From: Raillietiella orientalis
Lineage: Eukaryota
Assembly (NCBI GenBank): GCA_036172245.1
Contig: JAYWIR010000024.1
Span: 186,001 to 250,000, forward strand
Direction: 5' to 3'
DNA length: 64,000 nucleotides
The position numbers and the translations under genes were made by a program. The notes under the pieces were generated by a model, which saw only the letters and a program-made list of their open reading frames with translations, searched no databases and was not told where the DNA came from. Below are positions 53,801 through 64,000 of the stretch, piece by piece (within the stretch, counting starts at the first letter, position 1; every line of letters begins with the position of its first letter).

Positions 53801-54803
53801 GTCAGTGGTGTTTTGCGGAAATTTGAGAAAAGGGAATGGATATCAGTTTGATATCAAAAACTAGACTCCTTGCATATGAAGGCTTTGCAACTGAAATTAT
53901 TTAAGCAGTAGTTTTAGTAGTTGCAGGGCACTGGAAGTGTTTATCATTGCAAGAGTGTAGCAAATAAGAAAAAAGAATAGAAAAGAGAGACTGCATTTTC
54001 TATAATTTATTTTCAACACAGTGAAACAGTTCACCTGTCCACCACAGAACAAATTTTCGAAAGTTACTCAGTAAATTAACTAACTAAATCATTAGTGAGG
54101 CAGTCAACTGTGTGTGTATGGACTGTGTACATTTCCATCATATGGAGGATTGTAATTGTATGAAGTATTTTCATCATTATGTAGTGAATTGCATTCATAC
54201 TTGTATATAACAAAAGATTCAGTGCTGTTGTAAAGAGTCAGATGCTACTGAATTGTGATTCTTATATTATGCTTTATTGGAAATCAGATTGATGTAGTTC
54301 TTTGATTCAGTAAGTTAATGCATTCATACTTTGTTTAGTGACTTGTTAGGAATTATATTGATTAGAAACTTCTTACCGTAGTCTAATTCTTACTATTGAA
54401 AGTACAGTATGATTCTTATCTACTTTGGACTTAAAGTGTAAGTGTATGTATGTAGAAGTAGTGGAGAGACAGGAGTTTTTACTATTTGTTTTTTCTATGT
54501 TGGAGCTATTTTGAAATAGTGATTTTATTTTTATTTCTAGATCTGACTTGAACTCTCTAGATAATCTCAATAATTTTATTGTTCGCATTGATTATCCTTC
54601 TTCACCATCTCCATGGCTTAATTTTTATACTCAGCCAAAGCAAGGTAAGCAGTAGTTTAGAATTGAAGAGTGCACATCTATAAGCAAGTTCAGATCTTTA
54701 TTCCCCCATGTCTGCCTCAGTTATTAATTCATCCTTGCAAGAAAATTCTGATCTTTCTATACCAAAACCTGCAGAGTCTCCTGAAGTGATTTCGATTGAC
54801 TGA
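50864..54803 (+). CDS. PIAS: E3 SUMO ligase PIAS / Su(var)2-10 homolog
   Basis: SAP domain (MIMSFRVTELQMLL..GRKTELQNRAL), PINIT region (HPDVRLKKVPFYDV, QLRFCLLETSCEQDD, SRPVNIT), SP-RING (VSLMCPLGK..CSHLQCFDA..WICPVCD), SIM (IEVIDLISDDED), terminal PEVISID*. The junction to the 3' exons is inferred. Confidence 0.95.
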
Positions 54804-57800
54804 TTGCCATAATTGTTGCAGACTTATAGATATAACTTACCAGATGGATGAAACAAAAAACACTGCAAGGTGAAATGAAGGAATTAACTGTATTTATTAA
54901 GAGTACACCCATAGTAATGATTGTTTATGCACTCCCAGTGATTGGGATGGAAAAAGTTTTCCATGAACATATAGTCATCACTAAAGATGAGATGAAAATA
55001 ATTCATGATGAGGTTTTTAGCAACTAAAATAGCTCATTTTGAAAAACTGTTTATAATACATATATGGAGGGCAGTGAAAATTTTCATGGCTCATAAATTC
55101 TGAAGAGTGGACTTGGTTGGTGTTTGCCAAAATTCTAAAAGTTTAGCAACCTTCACAAACAAGCAAGCACAACTAAAAATCTTCACAAAAATTTCAAAGT
55201 GCTGTGAAATGAGTAGTGGGAGTATATATTATCAGTTGACAAAGGATGACTGATTTTTACTAAGAAAAAATTCTGTAAATGCAAGAAAGATGTTTGATAA
55301 CTAGCGTTTTTCATATGAAAATAAAAGGCAATGGCAAAGACTGTAATGTGTGTATTGAGTTTTCAATGTACAAGCTTGTGCAAACTTTGCACAAATGTTC
55401 TTGTGTTACTGATTTTATAATTCCTCGTGATCAGCCCCAAGATGCTATCCAATGCGCAGTTGTCACTTGACTGAATATATTCAATTTTTTATAATATAAA
55501 ATTGTGTATACATTTCCAACCATTGTTTTAACATGCTCTAAAAATTGGTGCATGATTTGTTTGGTTTTAAACATCCAGGCACACGAATTTCATACTTCAA
55601 TCTAAATGCAAGATTTATTATAGAATCACTTGTGGGTAACAGTGAATCTTTACATGCTATTCGAAGGTACCTACAGAAATGAACTTGGGAATCATCTGAG
55701 CAATGCTGAGTACTTTACATTTATTCGCCAAGAATCCCGATAGGAAGAAAACTATCCGCACTCAATTTTTCCTTGTTTTTGGCTATCTACAACCTCATTC
55801 AAATTTTGCTAATAGCATGAATAAAATTTTTCGGAATCGATGCCACTGGGTTCTGAGCTGTGCGTACAAGTAGGTTCACATTGACAGTTACTTCATTTTG
55901 ATTGGTTACCCAATGTACACACAAAACGAATACATCGTCAGTTTTATATCATGTTTTACTAACTTGCTCGTTACATTTTAAGATCTTGGAAGAAGTTGAA
56001 ACTTGCAAGAAAGTACCGTAATAATTCACTATATTCACCACGCTACAAATGCACTACATTTTCTTGCCTTACGCGAAAGACAACACAATGTAGGGTTACC
56101 AGGGTAACCCTGAAAGGAGTTTTCATGTATTTATCGAGTTTTCAAAGAGCAACAGTAATTACTAGGCTTTGCTCATGATACAAGATTGATGAAACGGCAC
56201 ATGGAAAACATGAACTATCACTGAAGGAAAGCAACTTGCAAAGATATGTTCAATATAAGTATGATATGAACGTGCGTTTTATGCAGGCAAATCGAACTAA
56301 TCCAGATCTTTCAGGGTTTCTTTGCTTGTGCTGTATTACGGTATTATACTTTGTTGGTTGCTTTCATTTTGTATTCATTTTTTTTTTTTATAAAAAAGGA
56401 ACGCATTCTTGTGACACCAACTGCTGAAACTTCTAGTTATGAACTAAATAGAAACGTATTGAAAAAAAGGTTAGCATTATTCTCCCAATACTAGTATTTC
56501 TTATTTCATGAGCGCCTAAACATATCAGGAGTGTTTCTTGAGAACGTATAGCTTTTCTCAAAAAGTAAATGGGAACTTTTCTAGTAGCATTGCTTGAAAG
56601 GTATAAAAAAATATATTTTTTTTTCAACATGACACCACACGCATGCAAAAGTTGGGCTTATTTTTCTCGTTTACGCAGTAAAAATTATCGCCTGCTACTT
56701 TCAGCCTACTGAGCATTTAAAAAGATTTCCTTTAAACAGCAAAATGCTGACAATCTTATACACCAAATTAACGGAGGATTAGCTTGTTACTTATGTCAAC
56801 GCATGGAAGACAGGAATCACAATTCAAGGTAAACTTAGGACGAAAGGTCCAGCTTCTAAGATTGATTTTTCAGATGAAAATGCATGCATTAACCTAGGGA
56901 ACAGAATAAACGAGATGGAGGATTGCAAACATTAAGATGCAAGTGGTAGACACCTTGATAGGAAAGTAGATTACAAGAAATGGATTCAGTTCAGAACAAA
57001 TGCGTAGAGACACACCTTTTCAAAAAAAAAAATTTCATTCCATCGCAGCATAAGATACAAATAGAAGAAATTTCCGATTTTGAATGCAGTCTCAGGTGCC
57101 CGGATTTCTATTTGCGTAAGTAAAACTTATTTACGAGCAATATATTGCTTATATTTTGCTTTAAAACATGGAAACAGTCTGCTGAGTACTTGCGAGACAA
57201 GTTCAGTTCATAAACTTACTAAAATTTAAAGCTACTAAAATTTTCAAACAATTTGCAAATCAAAATTCCGCCAGGAGCTCTCTGTTTGGAAGAAACTCAT
57301 CGTAGTTTCTGTGAGATTGTAAGTGAGCCTTGCCATGAAAGATGATTGAATATAAATAAAATTCCCTAATCTCTCACTTACACATATTCACTTCATCGTT
57401 TGCATTATGAGTTGGGAGGGTTGAAGAAAGGTAAGTAGGTTCAATGAAGTGTACACATTTTGTTCTGCATCATTTCTTCCATTGCTTAAGGTACAGGCAA
57501 GTATTATTAAACGCTGGCAAAATGATTCTTAATTAAGAATAAAAACAACCCAATTAGTAAATATTATTTCTGAACTTCCAGACAACTCTTCGTCATCTTC
57601 CATTTCATTCTGCAATGCGCAGCAATTATTTTATCGATTTGCTTGAGTGTGTGTTCAACACCAAACTCAGCCTTATCTTCCAAAGTTTTTGTCTATGAAA
57701 TGTAGCGTAGATTTTGTGTGCACTTGACCCAAAACTGTTTTCTTCAGTGTTTCCTGACGGCCAGGGAACGAGCAAACAGGAAAGGGGAAACCTAAGAACA

Positions 57801-58057
57801 ATTTGCTGATTACAAGAATCAAAAGGATAATTTTTCGTTCTTCCGAGAGAAGCACATAATGGCCTACCACTGTCTTAAGACGGAAATCAAAATTATGGGT
57901 AACATTGAAGTTATTCATAATGAACAGGGCAGTCGAAAGTTTCGTGCTTAATATAAAGCGAAAAACCTGTAAAAAGAATGCAATTGCGTCAACCTTTAAG
58001 CCAGAGTCTAGGTATCACATTTTAACTGCAAGCATCTAGAATTTCAAACGAGTTGGC

Positions 58058-58076
58058 TGTTGTTGTTGTTGTTGTT
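58058..58076. repeat. (GTT)n microsatellite
   Basis: tgttgttgttgttgttgtt. Confidence 0.75.
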
Positions 58077-58149
58077 TTTTTCATGGAACGCATTCTGTTC
58101 CTTCCCAGTTTTCAAAAGATTGTGCTCATCTACTGTCTGGATCCAGAGA

Positions 58150-61100
58150 CCATGCTGAGATAACCGCAGAAGATCAGGAAAACTCCATGTATACTGTTGC
58201 GAAAGCCCTACAGGATCTTGGCATCTGAGACCTCTCTTGTCAGGGTACTCAGTCAGAATACTCTGAAAAAGGTTATCTGAGAATATGCTGATGGAAAGAC
58301 GGCTGCAAGACTACTCGAGACCTCAACGAAGGAGGAGTAATGCTCCTCACTTGAGGTAATCGAAGGTTCACTGTGAGAAGATGGAATTAGCTGGGGAGTC
58401 ACCTTGTTATCCACTTGCCAGGGAGCAGAGGGATCCTCAGCAAACGAAGTTCCGAGTGCCGCTGAAACGATTCCATCTATACGCTACATGCAGATGGTGA
58501 CCTGTGGAGATGCCTTCACAGGGAAGAGAGAACTCTGATCCGCACTTTTTGATAGAATCACCGGTCGGCAATTTCTTCATTTGATCACTCCATCAGCACC
58601 TCTTGGGAACTTGGATGTCATGGAGACAAAATTAGCTATAAGCTAATTTACATCGTCGTTTCCAAACTTTGGGTACTTAAGCAAGGTCATTTCTGGAATC
58701 ATCACTTCAAAGGCGCTCTGCAGTGCTGGCAAAGCACAGAGAAGCTCTTTCTAGTTCTGTCTCGTGCCGAATATAGGGATGGACTGCTTCAGAACCAAGA
58801 AAGGAAAAAAAAAACGGAACTCCGATCTCGTGTCAAAAATGCATCAAGGAATTTCACTCTGATAAGCACCTTGTCCTCCTTGCACTGAAAAGTGAAGCAA
58901 CCTCACATATGGTACACCGAGCTGCTCGAGTAGGTGTACTAGGAATGTCGTGTGAGTTGACATCCTCGGAGCAGAGCCCCAGTAGGAAAGTGTCCGTCGG
59001 GAATGACGGACGAACAGACCAATTAGGAGAGAAGCATTCCTAAAGAAGGGAAAGAAGGAAGTGTATTTCCATCCAGTCTCGTTGAAGTTTCCTTAGCATC
59101 AGTAGCTGCTTAAAGTCGCCTTGAAATAGAATTCGAAGTTGCCTCTGGATGATGGGGAAAGACAAAGTGACTACTTTGCAGAACTGGTGCCGCGATAACC
59201 GCCACAATTGAATTCATGATTCGAAAAAGTTTCCCTTCTAGGTGGAGAGACTTCTCGTTGTCGACTTGTGCTTTCTACAGTAGAGTGATGCCGACTCCTT
59301 TTCGGTTTCTTTTGGCAAGGATGATATCCGCAAAACGAGACGACTCTGCACGAAAAATCCACGAGCGAATGTTCGTGCTGCCAGTGCACTAATTGCAAGA
59401 TGGTTCTCGAAAGATTTGTTGGTTTGCCAACTTCCAGCGAGAAAGAAGTTATTTGTTTCCGATTTTATTAACACCTCTTATTCTTCCTCCAGAGAGTATG
59501 ACCATCTTTGTGCTAGGGAACACTCGGTTTTCCTCACTGTAGAATTTTCCTGCCAGAAGGATATGGCTGAACTATTCTCAGAAGAAGAAGGAATGTGCCG
59601 TATGCATAGTAATTTTGGTGATGATGCAAGGAACCTGGTTCTCCTACTAGTACATCTAGCAGGTAGCTCCCAAAGACGAGGCATCTGATACAACTCACTT
59701 AAATCGGGGAAAGAGATCCGAAAAGGAGTGCACGTCCACGAAATGTATAATCATACAGTAAGGCTTCCATCCAAGGAAAGTGAAAAGGATGGCCCGAAAG
59801 CACCTAGCTAAAGTTCAGGAGGCATCTGGAAAACGCTCTCAGGTGAAGGTTGGAGCCACATCCGTTGCAGGACTCTCGTCCTTGTCAGAAAGACTTGCAT
59901 CCTGTACTGGTGCAGACGCATAGAATTCCAATTTCACCTAATGGTGCTCGTATCTATGGAACAATGAAGGCACGCAGCATCCCTCTTCACGTAAGCGACT
60001 AGCGTCGCTGGTATGAGAGTGAACAAGCCACATGCCGAATAATCTGAAGGATGCTTCCCTGAATTACAGGAAAGCAAGGTGCCTCTTGGCTTACGAAGAT
60101 GAATTCACAGCTATAGGCTTCTGAAGCATGCAAGGTACCAATAGCTCGACGATTTCCGAAGCATTTATTGCTTTCTCAACTGTTGGCAAAAAGCGAGCAG
60201 TCTGCCGCTCCTGACCCGACAGCAGGAAGCAGAAATAGCACTTTTTAAAAGCCAAGGGGCATTCGTTTGAAATCATAGATATTCCGCAGCCTTTCTGTGG
60301 TTGTTAACGAGTTCTTACGCTTAACAAGCAAACCAAGGGCAGCAGTTGGCGCCGGAGATGTCCAAACTGCTTTGCTGTTCGAAAACTTGTTATTAGCAGT
60401 TGTAATGAGATCGCTATCAAAAGATCGGGATTCTTATTAACGCTCTTTATCGGAAAATCGAACTGCATGCTTACCTCCGCTTATCTCACTTGGTTCAGAG
60501 GGCTGCTCTTGAAACGACAAAGTTTCAGTTTCGACTGCGGGATCGAAACGTGAAAGCTGCAAGAAATCGGATCAGTTCTTGTCGTGCCATCCACGTGGAA
60601 TACAACTTGAGGGAAGTCGCATGAGCACTTCTCCGAATGGAACCCATTTTTTTTTTTCCTCAAGTTCGAGATGAAGACGGGAACATCCGGAACTTTGTTC
60701 TCAGAACACGGTTCCTCTTCCGTGGGAATACGAGGTGAACATTCGGGCAGTTGATCTGCGAGAACTGGCACCTCAATGGAGACGAAAAAAGCTCCAATTA
60801 CGGGGAGGGATCGGGAAGAGAGAAGTTAAGTTCCCGAAAATGGGCACAGTTCTCTCCCTCTACAGTACACGAAGTCCCTGCTTCAGTTACCCGTACAAAA
60901 GACAACAAGTACAGCGGTAGGACGGGTTCAGCAGCGATGATTTCCTTGGCGAGTCGCCTGAGCTGCCCGAATGTCATATGTCTTCCTCCCTTCTGGATCT
61001 GCAGAGCGAGTTCATCCTACAGGAAGTTTGTAAGAATTCGCTGATATCACAGTATTCCCGCACCCTGCCTCCGGCGTGAATTTGCATCAATTTCCAAACT

Positions 61101-61785
61101 CCCATTTTTCTCTTCCAGCATCCACGATTTACATCCCAGGCTCCGAATCGCCCCTGAACCTGCAATCCCGGATCCCGACGCGGGGCCACTTCCCCATCCA
61201 GGCAGGCATAGGGAGAAGATTGCGTAACCGCCTGCCGTCACGTGGTTTTCCACGGCGTTCTCCATCAGGACGTCCGCCGATCTGTCCCGACCAGTCTTTC
61301 TGGAAGTTCGGGACGAGAAAGTCACCAAACGAACGAGAGTGTGCTGAGCAGCCGTCAAGAGGTCATGTCCTGTTTCTTCGAGGATGAAGCTGTTTGCGCG
61401 AGGTTTCCCCTTTCGAGGGCCGGGTGGCATACGATGGGTTAGAGGTAAGAAGAGTGTTCTGCGAGTTTTGTCGCTGCCGAGCATTTCAGGAAGAAAATGC
61501 TCCCCCCTGCTCACGAACGGGGGTTCGCTGTTCCCAAAGAGACTGCTGCTGCCGCTCCGCCAGATTCTCGGAAGGACGGACGGTCGGAAAAGCTAAGAAG
61601 AAGTGGATCACTCACTGCACTAGAGGCGTGAGAAACGCTTCTTAATCGATCCAATGCCGCAGCCGCGAAAAATCGCCGATAGACGAGGGGGTCTGGGTTC
61701 TTCAACCCAAGCGGTTCCTTTCGCCGGGGATCGCAAAGTTGGTACACTCGCCCTGGTGCTGTGAAAAAAAAAAAAAAAAAAAAAA
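58150..61785 (+). mobile_element. Near full-length but heavily decayed L1/Tx1 ORF2 element with A22 tail
   Basis: Colinear decayed motifs matching the young element: NEGGVMLL (NTEGVVVLV), HLPGSRG (PLPGRII), YDHLC...ELFSEEE (RDHLC...DFSEKE), RLPSK (RLLPK), LRGGIG (EEGGSG), VFHGVL and ECAEQPSRGHVLF (zf-RVT). Poly(A) at 61764-61785. Confidence 0.75.
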
Positions 61786-61800
61786 CCTGCAGGGTGGATC

Positions 61801-64000
61801 TTTTTTTTTTCCTGCTCTCCTGACGCCACCGCTGTCGCTCTGCGCCGGCGGTGGCGTCAGGAGGCCGGCGAGCGGCGCGCCCTCATTTTGAGAGACGTTC
61901 CACCCACGAAAATCGAAATTCTCCTTCCTCCTCCGCCCCGACAACAAAAAAATAATCCCTCATCGACCCCTGACAACAGATAAAATCACACTTAAAGAAG
62001 CTGCACTCTCTGACGTGTGATAGCGCTCGCGAGATGACCGCAATCATCGCCACAGTCACGCCTCGCCATTACGACCGAGACGCGCGCGCACGTACCACGC
62101 AGTCCATTAGAATCCAGATTCATTAAGTCAGCATCCCGCATCAAGCCAAGCCTCCCATTAGAAGCAGGAGTAGGAGGAGAGAGAGGGAAAGAGAGGGAGA
62201 AAGCATCCTGCTCTGTGCTGGATGTTTTCTCCATCCAGCACTGGGCGAAAACAACGAGAGTCATGGAAGATGAAGAGCCCCAGAGATTCCATCAGACGGT
62301 AGCAGCTGTAGTCAGCACGGATGATACATGCCAGGGCTCCGGGCTCCGCGGACATCAGTTGATTGGGATGGGTTCAAAGCAGGGGTGACCTGCGTTGACC
62401 AGGAGACGCTCTCCGGAAAGGAGGAGGGTTCACTGAGTTGAACTTTCGAGGGATGTGAGCAGAGGGATGGAATTCTGGTGCAAGGGAAGTATCCCCTGGA
62501 ACCGGTTTCTTACTCGCGACCTTACAGTTCGCTTTGGATCGTTGGTTGGGACGGGACAGAGGGAGTTGGGTGCCGGTAATCCGCATCCGCGAGCCGGGAA
62601 GGAAGGAGAGAGGAATCTACTCGCCGTTCCCAGACGAGGAAAAACGCGGGCGCCTTGGGAGTGAAGGTTGCAGGAAGAGTTCCTTAATCATCATCTTTTC
62701 GGGAAGAAAAGCCAAACGGGAAGAAAGATTTGTCCTGGTCGACAAACCGACTCGGGAAAGACGCTCTGTTCGGAAGGACCATCTCTCCCTCGAGGAGTCC
62801 CAGTGCAAAGAGTTCCGAAGAGGCAGCGGAGCTGCTGATCGCACTGGTTGGGAGTCCCGAGACGGCATCTCGCAGCTACGCTTGGGAGTGCGAAGAGACG
62901 TATGATTTCTCCTTCGAGACCTCTTCAGCATCCGGGGTGCTGAAGACGGCGGCTTCAGACGGGAGGATTTTCAGAGGATCGTATTCGAAGACGAGGTCTC
63001 TCTGGATGAAGGAGCGCCACCTCCTGCATCCCATCCCCGGAGCTCCGCTCCGGTCACTCTCGATTTCCTTCGCCACAGCCCTCTACCACTTTCATCCTCC
63101 TCTCATTGAGATCCTGGACCCAGTGTCTCCTCGACTCTAGTTTCCCCTTGCCGTCCCGGCTCTGTTCTCCAGCTCTGGGTCCCACAAGGAACTCAGCCTC
63201 CTCCTTTCTTCTCGCTTCCGTATCCTCCCAAGCTCGAGTTTACAGAAGTTGATTTGTCAGGGTTGTCTCCCAAAGGATTGCTAGCTCTCGGACTCGGTCT
63301 CCTGGCAACCAGCTATTTTCACCTCCCCCTCCCTCCTCCTCTAGATACAGAGTGACCTGCATTTTACGGCCGGGTGCTCGTTCTGTTCCCCTCTCCTCTC
63401 CATTCTTGTCAATATGTGTGCAGCGCGGCTCCAATGCAGCAGCATCCCGGTCTCCCGTGCAGGAGCAAGGAGGCGGACGATCGCGAGAGCACCAGCGCCG
63501 CTACAGAACCGGAGGTCGCTCTCCCTGCCGAAAGTACCTCGGAGCTAGTTCGTCCCACACACTCTTTCCGCCAGCCTCCACCCGTTCGGGAAGGAGGGGA
63601 CAGGGGCGTGTGCGGCGATTATAGGTGGACGGATCTCTTTCTGGGAGAGGGACCTCCGGAAGGGTTCTGGCCTCTTCCTAGGAATCTGATTCCCGCAGCG
63701 GAGACGCTCCCGTACCTGACTCTAGGGTCAGCCAGATCTGAAGGAGTTCCATTGTGCCTCACGTAGGCAGTAAGCGAAATCTCCCTAGGGATTCCTTGGC
63801 TTCCTTCATACTTCGTCCATTACCATCCGCCCTGAGCTCTCCGGGTCCTCAAATCCCTGCAACCTTTCCGGAATTCTTCGGTGGGAGCCTCAAGGAACGC
63901 CGCAGTGGACCCTTCGTCTCTCTTCCATGCGGGACGCCGGAGCTTCCTCAACCCCTCTTCCCGGTTTCCTGCTTTTGCGGCGACCCGGGAAGGCGCTCAA
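61801..64000 (-). mobile_element. Decayed L1/Tx1-like element (RT to 3' end), continuing beyond the right edge
   Basis: A10 tail on the minus strand (61801-61810) and terminal 16-bp hairpin 61817-61863. Minus-strand YFRQGERPPVL (RQGDPLSP-like) near 63520 and SCYRLMESLG (zf-like) near 62300. Confidence 0.6.

Noticed and set aside
5215..54803. Functional DNA-repair/chromatin gene cluster (FEN1, REV1, PIAS, PHF10)
   Set aside because: Mixed orientations and unrelated neighbours; consistent with an ordinary gene-dense housekeeping region.
56092..56111. Palindrome agggttacc-ag-ggtaaccct
   Set aside because: An isolated 9-bp stem, plausible by chance in 64 kb.
58150..61600. Minus-strand reading of this element (FGAWDVNRG as endonuclease start, T-run as an inter-ORF IRES)
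   Set aside because: Colinear endonuclease, RT and zinc-finger motifs plus the poly(A) tail are all on the + strand. The T/A runs are better explained as poly(A) tails.
61735..61760. U1 snRNA-like match (ccagggcgag) on the minus strand
   Set aside because: Only about 10 nt; no 5' ATACTTACCTG and no Sm site.

Overview
AT-rich eukaryotic genomic DNA. It is metazoan and probably arthropod, inferred from gene content and a SAYP-like multi-PHD PHF10. Eight spliced housekeeping genes are present: a polyamine/spermine oxidase-like gene (-, runs off the left edge), FEN1 (-), RPB4/POLR2D (-), ATAD3 (-), REV1 (+), PHF10/SAYP (+), DPH6 (-) and PIAS (+). Most of their introns are very short (35-52 nt). 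The GC-richer intergenic blocks are stacks of L1/Tx1-clade non-LTR retrotransposons. One young, 5'-truncated copy (13373-17402) sits inside the ORF2 C-terminus of an older element, with a perfect 15-bp target-site duplication. Several decayed copies are nested or tail-to-tail, and divergent copies share a covarying 3'-UTR RNA structure just before their poly(A) tails. A separate GC-rich multi-hairpin repeat (34561-34994, partial inverted copy at 28330-28510) is unexplained and is the best candidate for a novel structured RNA or mobile element. All calls were made by eye from the sequence; no searches or folding programs were run.
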